Assembly: GCF_964355755.1 (NCBI RefSeq) | Contig: NC_092679.1 | Coordinates: forward strand, 1,394,201 to 1,458,200 | Length of the DNA: 64,000 nucleotides | From: Antedon mediterranea | Taxonomy: Eukaryota > Animalia > Echinodermata | Direction: 5' to 3' | Shown here: piece by piece, positions 29,201 to 39,000 of the stretch | Numbering within the stretch: the stretch's first letter is position 1 | How the letters are laid out: each line of letters opens with the position of its first letter | Program-made: the position numbers and the translations under genes | Notes under the pieces: generated by a model | Database searches by the model: none | The model's input: the letters and a program-made list of their open reading frames with translations, nothing else | What the model was told of the DNA's origin: nothing

Positions 29201-32200
29201 GATTTTACTTCAGTTAACTGACAGTAGAATACTTCTGACATGATCCCTTATTACAATATAGTAAATATAGTATTCTTGTGCGATTATGTTGTGTTTTATC
29301 TTTCTGAAAAAATAAACAAACTCTTTAGCAATCAACTAACCTGATTGAAATAAGCATCAGATAAAAATGAATGCTCCCCCACTTGCAGCTTATAAATCAG
29401 CTTAAATGAAGAAAGGATATAAACATGAATGCTTCGATGACCGTCAGTTGTTGGTTTGGACATTAACACTAGCCTTGTGTTCATTTGGTCACCACCTTTA
29501 GAGGATGTTGACTTCATTGAGGTACCACTCATTAGGAGAAACTCGTCCACTAACACATCACTCCATACATTCAGTAACAGTAAGGTCTTTAAGTTCCAAA
29601 TACTTAGCTCACACTGAAGAAGGAAAAATCGTATTTTAATTTCATAACGCAGCTTATAACTCTGCACAACTCTACTGAGTTTAACGGTCACTGTGCACAC
29701 GCTCAGATACACATGAGCATGCATAGTCTAATGGTGCCTTGCTAGTACTAACATTAAGATGTTTCCTTTACCTCATTATCCAAAAGCACTAAGTAATTAC
29801 TATTTGGACAAACTTGGCATCGTTTGACGGACAAGTCTGTAAATAAAACACAAAATAATTTATATACTGTAAAGTAAAGAAATATTTTTAATGAATTATT
29901 TACAAATAATAATAATAGTTATTTTTATTTTGTTTACTGTGACGGACGAGTCTGTAAATAAAACACAAAATAATTTATATACTGTATAGAAATGCTATAA
30001 AGGAATTATTTACAATAACAATACAGTTATTATCTGTGTTTTGTTGTAGTGTTTTAAGCTCTTTTACACTATAATACTATAAGTTTGACAAAAGTGTGAT
30101 GTGCTTAAATATAATAGTGATACACTTATATATGGTAGTGATATGACATCATGATGTCCATATATCATAGTCACATTTTGTTGTCAAATAAAGTTTGATA
30201 GTGTAAACAGAGCTTAAAAACAACCAACCAGCAAACAATGCTCCTCCAACCTCCCGACTTAAGCTGGTACACTTGTCATTCTTGCCCCATACTCCAACAA
30301 TCGAGTCTCCTGATCCCTACATAAACAAAATATTGCTGCACTAATTATAATCAATTAAGGATCCTTTACATCTAGTAGTCATATAGTAGTAATCAATTAA
30401 AGTGGTCAGTCTCTCTAGTCAACTAAAGCTACACTCACACTTTCACGGAAGGTGGCGCCGTGCAATTCCGTATATGTTTGTCCATTATTAAACAAAACGG
30501 CGTCGTCTTCCGTTCCGTGGAGCGAAACAAGTGTTAATGTGGCTTAAAGCAGGTAGACCTGCTCAATTAAAGTGGCTATACTTACACAAGTGATAATGAA
30601 CATCTTGTGACCAATGGTAGCTGTGCACAAGTCTGTAGTGCCATCTGTATGGACAGCCGATGTATCAATCACTTCTGTCTGGATGCCTGACAGAATCTAA
30701 AGAATTGAAAAATTAATGTTGTAAACTTCATTTTCAGTTTTTTTTTATTATTCATATTTCATACAGATATAACACATAAGGAAAAAAGGAAAAAAACAAA
30801 AAGATGTGTCTATGACAAGCAGTAAAAAGATTAACATTACAATAAGTTAATAAAGTCTAACCATTGTTTCTCAAAATCATTTGATTCTCCATTTTGCCTT
30901 GCAATATACCTTAAAATCATTAAATAATTTCTTAAACAAATATTTAAAACCTTAATACTTGGCAGAGTTTTACCAATTCTACATTTATAAATTAAATACT
31001 TTGTAAGAATAATAATTGTACAGAAAAACATTGCGAAATATCTTCAAACAAAATCGAATCAATTGTAAAAGTTATTTAAAATTTATAACACTAATATTGT
31101 GTTCTATATTTTACCATAGTGGTTTTACATATTTGCAGCCTACAAACAGATGAGGACTAATTTCTGTATAAATGTCTTAACATGACTTTCCACAAATGAA
31201 TTACTATTACTGAGATCCACAAATCTATAAATATTAAATCAATTGTACACATTACCTCCTTCTCTAAATCCGTATTGTTTTGTTGAATTGCTGCAAATGA
31301 ACAAGAATAAATCATCTTGAAAATATTGTTGTTGATTAAGGTTTCTTACGACACTTTTTACTATAACATGTGGTGTCATTCTATAAAGCTCTGTCTACAC
31401 TATCAAACTTTATGTGACACAAAAATTGATGTGCTAATATATGGACATGATGATGTCATATCAGAACCATATTTGGGCATATCACATTTTTTTGTCACAC
31501 CCGTTTGATAGTGTAGACAGAGCTTACAAACCAGACAATATTGAAAGCAAACACCACCAACTGCTCTAATCTATTTGTATATGCTTAATATTATGTCACT
31601 CTGGTGTTACATGCATGTTCATGAATGTCATTTTGAGAGATGGAAACTATTTGGTTCCGACTAGGACGCAACGCAACAACATAAGTGCAATGCAAGCTAG
31701 TTTACCAATGACAAGTGACAGTTTGTGTGATCTAATTGTGTTATGATTGGTTAAATTACTGATGTTTGGCTTTACTTCCTTGCATTGTGTCCTAGTGGGA
31801 ACCAAGCATATATGTTCTCTATAATATCTCTATGCTTATACATACCATCATTTAATTTATTCAAGTTTATATTGCTGAACCTATAGAGGATGCCATTAAA
31901 TGCAAGCACTAGCAAGTCACAGGTATCTATATGAAAATAAAACATTTTAAAAATGATTTTAACAAATGAAACCAGATGAAAATGTTTTCACATTTCCAAT
32001 TAAAAAAAATAATAATAAAAGATAAAATAAATATAAAAGACACATTAAAAAAAAAAATTCTTAATATAAACTTAAAGAGACTACTATGTCATTCTAATGG
32101 TAAAAGACCAATGAACTATTCTGACTGTGTTGCAAGAGAAACCAACCAATTTATGGCCTACCTATCAAATGATGAACATGTTTTACCTAGAAATGAAAAC

Positions 32201-34941
32201 AAAAACTTACTAATATGGCCCTTGGTTGAGAACATAACACGATTGAATGATTTAGTATCGTTCGCATTTGGAATAAGGGTCTAGGAAAAAATAAATTAAT
32301 AAAAATATATGATAATTCAGGTTCTTTATTCACAAGAATGAAAGGATGAAGTAGCCCTATTAAACATTACATGGTTAAGCTCTGTCTATCAAACTTTATG
32401 CAACAAAAAAATGTGATGTGTCTGAATATGGACATGATTTCATATCACTACCATATTTGAACTTGTCATAACTAGAGTAGTTTGATAGTCTGGAAAGAGC
32501 TTTTGTGATCTTTTTGTGATAGGATTAAGGGAGAAATTTAATCTTAAGTTTTACAGTAAAAGTTTCAAAATAAAAAAACCAACCTTTGTCAGAAACATGT
32601 GTTGGAACTCTGTATGGACAAAATGGATGGCACCCTTCCTATCTGCAACAACTAAGAATCTGTTGTCATGACTCCAACCAACAGCATCAAGAGTTGACTC
32701 TGAAATAAATTATTTTAATAGTAAGTTAAGGTGTGCTACAGTATACATATAATGAATGGTGTGTAATGGTACAAATAATGGCATGAGGTGAATGATGAAA
32801 GGTTATATTTCACTATTGAACGACCATTCAATAGTGCATACTATTGCATGCCATGTTCAATTCAAATAAACATTTATTTCTTTCATATTCATATTTTAGT
32901 AAAACATTATAATTTCTGATATTTTATATATTTTTTTTTTAGAGTTATAATAAATTAAAGTAAATCATAATGTATGAAAAAGGTGATTCAGTTATATAAA
33001 AAATGAAAGAGGCAAAAAACAGAAAAGGAAGCAATTTCGTAAAGTTTTTGAAGTGACCCACAATCGTCCAATCAAATGACAGGAATTAATTTAGGTGTTA
33101 TATAATATTTAATATTTCGACCCATCTTGCTATAATAGCAAAAATATTCACAGAGTTGATTCAAATTCTGTATATGGTACAGCAGTACTAGTAAAATATA
33201 TAATGCAGATCTGTATTTTTAATCACCAAAGCTCATTGAAGTCAAAAACTGACGACAGGAATCATCAAATAACGAGAGTTGGCCATCGGCTGCAACGCAA
33301 AATCCTTGCGGAGAACTACTGGCACATACACATGGATTCTTTAAAACCTGTAAAATAAATAAAAGGATCGAGTGATTGAAGTAAAATAAAATTGTTAAAT
33401 AGGCCTAGATGAAAAAGCTTGGCTGGATCTTAGTTCAAAGTGTAACTCCACAAATATAATCTCAAATTGAATGTAGCATTATTAGTTTCTTTGTTAGAAC
33501 TAGAGGGTGAGCTCGCTTCGCTCGCTCCCCCTCTAGGAAGTGTAGACGATGGTTCTCGGAATGATAATGTTCTCCTTATACGTTTTCTGTCGGTTACCAT
33601 TATTGAAAATGCTTGACATTCGTAAAACTAAACTACTTCGTTTCACAGTGTTTTAGATGATTAATAACATTTGAAAGTATAGTTTTTATTGTTTGGTAGG
33701 GCCCTTTGTGGAGGCAGATGTCATTTGAGGGAGGTGCTTATTCGAGGGATATATGTTAAATTTTTTAGTTTTAATAATGGTAACATTTATAATCAAATGA
33801 AATCCTCTAATAGATATGAAAAGTGGTAAAAAAGAATAACAAATGCTTGGTAAATTGTAGATAACAGTGCGGTGAATTCTACTACAAATAGTATAATTGT
33901 GTTATTATAAATATGTGGATGGACGTTTATTAGATAGTTGGGTTGGGGGTGGGTGGGGGGGGGGGGGGGTTATTATTCAAACTGATGTTTTATTGGAGAG
34001 GCGTTTATTCAAATGAATACCATCCTAATAATTATTAATACATTATTTAATTTAATCATCTTTTGAAACTAACTGCCGTGACAGAGTGGGCCCAAGAAAG
34101 AATACATGGGCAGACATCTCGGTCCTAACGGGACACAGGAAGTTATTCCTGCAAGCTTACTCAATAAAACTCAGCTATCGGGATTTCACTCGAAAAATGT
34201 CTTATCATCAAATCTCCCTATGTAATTTTATAATACTATTCCCACAATATATTCTGATTCTTTATGGCGTATATTTAATTTGATCTTTATTAATTTGCAG
34301 TATAATTCCTATTATTTAACTACTGTACCTTCACACATGCGCGCGGTATGTTTTAAAATAAACAAAAAACTAAAATGGATACATCTGATTTTTTTTTCGT
34401 CTTCCAAAGGGACACTGTATTGATTGATGGAAAGTGCCTGTTTCCAGTCACCTTTAGGGTCAAATCTATTATTTTAACTGCTCCCTTGTGTATAAAAGAG
34501 AGAAAATATTTGAAACCAGGTTGTTGCAGTGAACTTATCTTAAACCCGGAAATTACTTTGACCGGGAAGAATTGAAATTGAGATGAAAATCTAATGTTGA
34601 AATCATAAATTGTGTTAAAAAACTCTTTATAACATCTTCCTAAGATAGAAATATGGAACAATAGCGTCGCTGTGAACACTAATGTTATCAAATCTACGTT
34701 TCGCGGTACATCTCAGATAGATAAGGTAGGTATCCAAGGCGGAGATTTGTACCGAAGTTTTTGCATTGTGCTCGCCTATGTCAGAATTAACCATAATTTA
34801 TATATAGATACTTACTTCTACTTGTGACCCAATTGTCGCCAATGTTTCTACTTGGTAGAGGGCGCTGCCAGACTCATTTCGGGGGCCAAAATTGGCAGTT
34901 TCATCACCACCAAAATCAATTTCAACATCATCCCATGACAT
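8283..34941 (-). CDS. KNTC1: Kinetochore-associated protein 1 (Rod, RZZ complex subunit), 58 coding exons, about 2257 aa
   Basis: N-terminus MSWDDVEIDFGGDETANFGPRNESGSALYQVETL resembles KNTC1 as recalled, as do EALPETRFQRLLHKQKFDEAEKFA, LHTKYRCKLTL and KDGLVRGLWRNHAHEPKALRLISDLCLDYEIYDPNLWN. Exons (all GT-AG, phases consistent, sum 6774 nt): 34816-34941, 33227-33347, 32584-32699, 32211-32280, 31846-31926, 31256-31290, 30586-30696, 30229-30316, 29772-29836, 29341-29613, 28686-28856, 27847-28059, 27652-27723, 27489-27550, 27138-27246, 26867-27010, 26454-26510, 26196-26312, 25848-25898, 25640-25759, 25117-25260, 24833-24931, 24411-24514, 22274-22376, 22010-22147, 21768-21893, 21522-21659, 21033-21155, 20799-20860, 20156-20257, 19704-19891, 19455-19552, 18765-18960, 18132-18304, 17750-17851, 17395-17523, 17126-17242, 16839-16951, 16357-16531, 15923-16018, 15589-15684, 15211-15301, 14964-15022, 14420-14612, 13685-13758, 13191-13398, 12770-12891, 12059-12132, 11821-11890, 11473-11588, 10912-11143, 10485-10596, 10330-10393, 10029-10158, 9424-9513, 9171-9316, 8668-8770, 8283-8348. 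Confidence 0.95.
8855..9012. mobile_element. MITE family A
   Basis: Both TIRs, TAA/TAA TSD. Confidence 0.85.
9731..9900 (+). repeat. Dispersed repeat with an internal tRNA-like module
   Basis: GCTCGGTGATCTAGAGGTATGA...CCAGG-CTAGTGA-TCTGG...GGTTCGAGTCCC with a poor acceptor stem. Second copy at 14215-14385. Confidence 0.65.
11273..11415. mobile_element. MITE family A
   Basis: Both TIRs and internal core recognisable. Confidence 0.8.
11942..11980 (-). repeat. Fragment resembling a conserved SINE central domain
   Basis: Minus strand TCTCTCTCCACCCAGGTGTGAATGGGTACC resembles invertebrate tRNA-SINE cores as recalled. Family not assignable. Confidence 0.4.
12280..12660. repeat. Tandem repeat, 90-92 bp x about 4, derived from a dispersed MITE-like family
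   Basis: Units start at 12280, 12372, 12464, 12554 and 12644. Related single fragments lie near 10204, 13805, 14096, 16290 and 21250. Confidence 0.9.
14215..14385 (+). repeat. Second copy of the tRNA-containing repeat
   Basis: Shares ACTTGGGCTCGAATCTAACC, GAGGTCATGGGTTCGAG and AGTATAAAGTACAA...AAAAACATCTGA with 9731-9900. Confidence 0.65.
14703..14839. mobile_element. MITE family B (PIF/Harbinger-like)
   Basis: TIR AGCGTGGTTCCCACTAG...CTAGTGGGAACCATGCT, TTA/TTA TSD. Confidence 0.85.
15743..15822. repeat. Tandem repeat, 16 bp x about 5
   Basis: TGTTGCCTGG(A/G)TTAAG-like units. Confidence 0.85.
16080..16175. mobile_element. MITE family A, partial
   Basis: Left TIR and internal core, right end deleted. 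Confidence 0.75.
17576..17694. mobile_element. MITE family A, partial and diverged
   Basis: Reverse-oriented core GGTAGTGATATGACATCATTATGTCCATATATGTGCACATCACA. Confidence 0.7.
18408..18595. mobile_element. Tc1/mariner-pogo-type MITE
   Basis: TA|CAGTCAACTC...GAGTTAACTG|TA, imperfect TIRs of about 25 bp with TA TSD. Confidence 0.75.
19012..19155. mobile_element. MITE family A
   Basis: Both TIRs present. Confidence 0.85.
19301..19423. mobile_element. MITE family A, partial
   Basis: One TIR after TAA plus internal 21-bp units. Confidence 0.7.
19978..20116. mobile_element. MITE family A, nearly full length
   Basis: TAA plus TIR, internal units, truncated second TIR. Confidence 0.75.
20377..20733. 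repeat. Tandem repeat, 65 bp x about 5.5
   Basis: Unit CCCTCTAAGTTGGCGACATGGGCCCAATTAGTGCTAACTTTGGTGGAATTTAAACGCATCGGGGG, nearly identical copies. Confidence 0.95.
22479..24279 (-). mobile_element. Non-autonomous Helitron in a KNTC1 intron (contains a nested MITE and tRNA-like modules)
   Basis: Minus strand starts A|TCTATATATT, has 3' hairpin CCGTGC-GGA-GCACGG and ends CTAG|T. No TSD. Joining the flanks restores TAACAACA^TGTTAACAC, the unit of the local tandem repeat. Confidence 0.8.
22489..22667. mobile_element. MITE family B, nested in the Helitron 3' end
   Basis: Same TIR, TAA/TAA TSD, nearly fully palindromic. Confidence 0.85.
25933..26066 (-). repeat. Diverged second copy of the 50401-50566 element
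   Basis: Shared blocks GCAAATTAC, CTGTGG.TATCA, CTGGATCTCAAT, AAACAGCCAGAAA and GCAGA.CTTTC in the same order. Confidence 0.6.
26690..26866. repeat. Tandem repeat, 20-23 bp units, abutting a KNTC1 donor site
   Basis: ACAAGACTACACTCGTACT(C/T)AC units. Confidence 0.85.
27366..27463. mobile_element. MITE family A, internally deleted
   Basis: Both TIRs, TTA/TTA TSD. Confidence 0.8.
28307..28507. mobile_element. MITE (PIF/Harbinger-like), single copy here
   Basis: TIR AGTCTGTTTTCCTGTCGA / TCGACAGGAAAACAGGCT, TAA/TAA TSD. Confidence 0.8.
29185..29247. mobile_element. Very small (63 bp) MITE-like hairpin
   Basis: GGGAGCATGTCA...TGACATGATCCC flanked by TTA/TTA. Confidence 0.55.
30057..30214. mobile_element. 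MITE family A
   Basis: Both TIRs, TTA/TAA flanks. Confidence 0.8.
30427..30544. mobile_element. MITE (PIF/Harbinger-like)
   Basis: Imperfect TIR AGCTACACTCACACTT / AAGTGTTAATGTGGCT, TAA/TAA TSD. Confidence 0.65.
30745..31240 (-). mobile_element. Decayed L1/Tx1-clade LINE, ORF2 C-terminal fragment
   Basis: Minus strand encodes PHLFVGCKYVKPLW (zinc-knuckle-like HLFxxC) and IIILTKYLIYKCR...LRYIA...FEKQW, typical of the ORF2 end. Frame is broken. Confidence 0.65.
31387..31524. mobile_element. MITE family A
   Basis: Both TIRs present. Confidence 0.85.
31651..31807. mobile_element. MITE family B, diverged
   Basis: TTGGTTCCGACTAGGAC...GTCCTAGTGGGAACCAAGC. Confidence 0.7.
32378..32501. mobile_element. 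MITE family A, diverged
   Basis: Degenerate TIRs and recognisable core. Confidence 0.7.
33500..34808 (-). mobile_element. Non-autonomous Helitron in the intron after the first coding exon of KNTC1
   Basis: Minus strand starts A|TCTATATATAAA and ends with a GC-rich hairpin region (GAGCGAGCGAAGCGAGCTCACCCT) followed by CTAG|T. Inserted between A and T with no TSD. Confidence 0.75.
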
Positions 34942-35313
34942 TGTGTGAATCTCTAGGGATGAAAAATGATTACAAATATTTGACATACAGTTGGGGTATA
35001 GAGGAATGCCAGACCAAAAATAAGTAGCCTAACTAACTAGTCTAGGGCCCAGGCCTAGCTCTAGGCAAAAAATAGCTGTCCATCCAACTTGCTTGGTCCA
35101 ACCACAAGCAAGCAACTCGGCTCTGTTATTATACAAAACAATGTAGCCTAGGGCCTAGCTAGGCCTAGAGTCCTATTATATCAATGATCTCAGGAACTGT
35201 CTGCGATTACTATAAACACATTGTAGTTTAGATAGTTATACATGTATATTTTTTTCTGGAAAATGCAAAATAATTGTGTAGGCCTACAGTTATAGAGAGC
35301 TGTCATCAAGACC

Positions 35314-35328
35314 TTTCAATTTCCCGCG
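35314..35328 (-). promoter_or_regulatory. E2F site with adjacent CHR-like element upstream of KNTC1, inside the KNTC1/BTBD9 divergent promoter region
   Basis: Minus strand reads CGCGGGAAA-TTGAAA, about 380 bp upstream of the KNTC1 ATG. Confidence 0.6.
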
Positions 35329-36052
35329 AGCAATATTGCATGTGAGCAATCCATGCTCATTGCAAAAATTTGGTAACTACCATTTTTCAAGAAGGGTAGA
35401 TATTTATATTGATAAAAGTATTTGATGCACAAAAATAGTAACATTCCTATAAATATGTGCTGTTTCATTTATAAAATTATTTTATTCAATTAAGTGTAAT
35501 GATATGATTTATAATACATTTTTACAGATTAATAAATAATTAACATTAACCATTATTACCTAATATAGGCCTAATGCATTTTCGGTATTGAGTAAAACAT
35601 GTACTGTGCAGTACAGACCAATTCAGTGGTTCGAGAAAAATTGACGAAACAGAAGGAAAACGATAATTTTTGTGTTTTGTTATTAGATTTATGCGATGGT
35701 AGTTTCAATATATAAATTTGAAACAAACAGGAGATTTTTATGAATGAGTAAGTATATTGTGGTATTACATTTCAAAATGCAAACAATAGTTTAAACATAA
35801 AATATCAAACATATCGATGTGATAAATGGGCCAGGCCCTTTGTTTTGCTTTGAGTTCTGTGTCAGGTTGTGTCACAGGAGTGTCACAGAGCTATCCACTC
35901 CCGGCTCTACAATGACTGTTGACAAGGCATCAGGCCTAGGATAACAAAACTGTATATTTCACACATACACCTTGATTTATTTGTTTTTTTTTAGCATTGT
36001 AGAATTACCTTGCAACGTGCAGCAACAACATAAGAAACCCAGGCTGTCCAGC

Positions 36053-39000
36053 ATGAGTGACACGAATTCCCTGCGGACAACGACGGCACCGACCGGAGAG
36101 GTCCATCACACCAATATACTATCTCAGGACATCGGTAACCTGTTCTCCAATGAAGATTACAGCGACATCTCACTCATTGTGGAACAGCGTGTTTTCCCAG
36201 CTCACCGTGTAATACTTGCAGCACGATGTGAATATTTTAGGTCAGGAAACATTGATTTTATAAATGTAAAACAAGCGACATCTTTTTATATACATACACT
36301 TTTTTATGGTTCTTATTAAAATCTTTGAGACTAAACTAAAAATAACAGATTTTAAAATAACATAGCTGAAATTTTCCTTTTATTCAAACACAAAAAATCC
36401 TTTACCTTATTAGATAATCTTACATTTTTCAGAGCCCTGCTGTATGGTGGTATGAGAGAGTCAGACCCTGAAGTAGCAGATATAGAGCTAAAAGCAACCT
36501 CATCCCAGGCCTTTGAAGCACTTCTCAAGTACATCTATACAGGCAAAATGAGCCTGATGGAACTGAAGGAGGATGCACTGCTCGACATCTTGGGCCTAGC
36601 TCACCGGTATGGCTTCCGGGAGTTGGAAGATTCTATTTCTGATTACCTTCACGCCATTCTCAGCATTCATAATGTATGTTTGATCTACAACGTAGCCACT
36701 CTGTACCAGCTGAGAGCTTTGAAGGAGACAGCATGCATCTTTATGGATAGGAATGCGAGTGAGGTCATGACAAGTGACACATTCCTGAGTTTGTCAAAGG
36801 TACACATGTAGTATGCAAATAATCAACAAACAATAACTTATTCATATTGTAGTATTATATTTGTTATATTTATTGTTATACAGTATATATATTGTATATC
36901 TTAAAGTAAAAGTATTCTATTAAAAAAAGGTATGGTTTATTGGATCTACAATATGACTAAATTGAAAAAAAAAAAATATTAGATTAATTTTTGTTACAAA
37001 TTAAATTCTTACTGTATGTAGGAAGCATTAAAAGACGTCATTTCCCGTGACTCTTTTTACGCACGAGAGATTGAAATATTTAAAGCTGTCATGGAGTGGA
37101 AGAAGGCCAACGTTGAAGTTGACGACACGGACGTGCTTGCCTCGATACGCTTGCCGCTGATGGAGATGTCGGACCTTTTGAACATTGTACGACCGACAGG
37201 TATTCTAAGTGCGGATGCCATTTTAGACGCCATCAAGGTGAAGGAAGAGTGTAGTACAATGACTTTAGATCATCGTGGTTGTTTAGGTCTGTTACTCTTT
37301 GTTATTAGGGAGCTTTCGATTTGCGAGGACCGACGACCGACTTATAAGACCGACCTCATGCACACAATGAATTAACATGACATAATTTGGTCGTTCGTCT
37401 TCGCAAATTGAAAGCTCCCCGATTGAGTAAAAATGATTGCATAAACGAGTAAAACAAAGTAGGTACTGCAGTAACTGCAGTAAAATAATTTTAACGTATT
37501 TATATTTCATTATTGTCAGTTCAAGAACAAAACATTGCTAATGCTAAGTACGATGCTGAGGTAATAAAGGGCGAGATGAAAGCGCACCTACTTGATGGCG
37601 ACCATACGAACTATGACCTTGATAGGGGCTTCACAAGACACCCTATTGAAGATGCTAAAGACGTAGAAAAAGATGGAATTATCATCAAGCTGGGAAAACC
37701 ATCGCTTATCAACACTATTAAGATGCTGCTTTGGGACAGAGATATGAGGTACATTGCGTTAAGCTCTGTCTACACTATCAAAATTTATGCGAGAAAAAAT
37801 GTGGTGTGCCCATATATGGAAAAGATGATGTCATATCACTACCCTATTTGAGCATATCACTACCATATTTCGGCATATCACACGTTTTTTTTTTTAATCT
37901 AGTTTGATAGTGTAGACAAAGCTTTAGTGCAAATGCATTTGATTGATTAATTACGTATCACATGCCATTCCATATTAGTTCTACTAAATGGACAATGTGT
38001 ACAATAAATCAATATAGTCATCCTAAATCAATATTTTAATATTATACAATTTGTTCAGGTCATATTCCTACTACATTGAGGTGTCTATTGACCAGAAGGA
38101 CTGGATACAGGTCATTGACCACTCACAACATCTGTGTCGTTCCTGGCAGACTTTACACTTCAAATCACGCGTTTGCAAGTGAGTATTTTAATAATGGTTC
38201 TTTATTCATCTTTTTTTCCATATGGTTGCTGTTAATAATCAAAATATGCATACATTAAAGATGAACAAGTTGCATGGAAACCTACAAGGGCTTAATGGCT
38301 TACGAACCCTAGTCTATCTGAGTTTGCATAATTATATGATAAACTATGTTGATATTTCTTGACAGGTTCATCAGAGTTACAGGTGTTAAAAACACTGTCA
38401 ACAAGGTGTTCCATCTTGTATCGTTTGAGTGTTGGCACACGGCCAAGCCATTCCAGTTAGAAGATGGCTTAATTGGTAAGTTCATTGTTATCATTCACCC
38501 GATTCTCTACACTGTATCTCCACATATGGCATAATACCTGTCCGATATTCTGTAATACAGTATCATATGTGAGGCCTGTATTATATCAAGGTTAAGCTTA
38601 TTCTGTACTGTATCTCCTCATAGCAGTATGTCCAGTGTCATAGACAAATTCTGTAATCCAATGTTACATATATGCTTACTGTATAGCCTGTGATACATAT
38701 GTGACACCGAATTACAGAATTTGCCTGAACAAAGTATAGATACAGTATCATCAGTACCGAGGATTGGCTAGATAAATAATGTTCTTAATTGTAATCCTAA
38801 ATTAAATGAATTTAGTATGTTTAATAGCTATTATATTTACTTTTTTCAAATTTCAGTACCAACTGATAATGTTGCAACGATACCAAAGAGTGCATGTGTT
38901 ATAGAGGGCGTGAGTCGCAGTAGAAATGCGCTACTGAATGGCGACACCAAACACTATGATTGGGATTCGGGCTACACCTGTCATCAGCTTGGAAGTGGAT

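Noticed and set aside
33945-33970. G-run with G-quadruplex potential
   Set aside because: Lies inside a Helitron, homopolymer length is unreliable and there is no sign of function.
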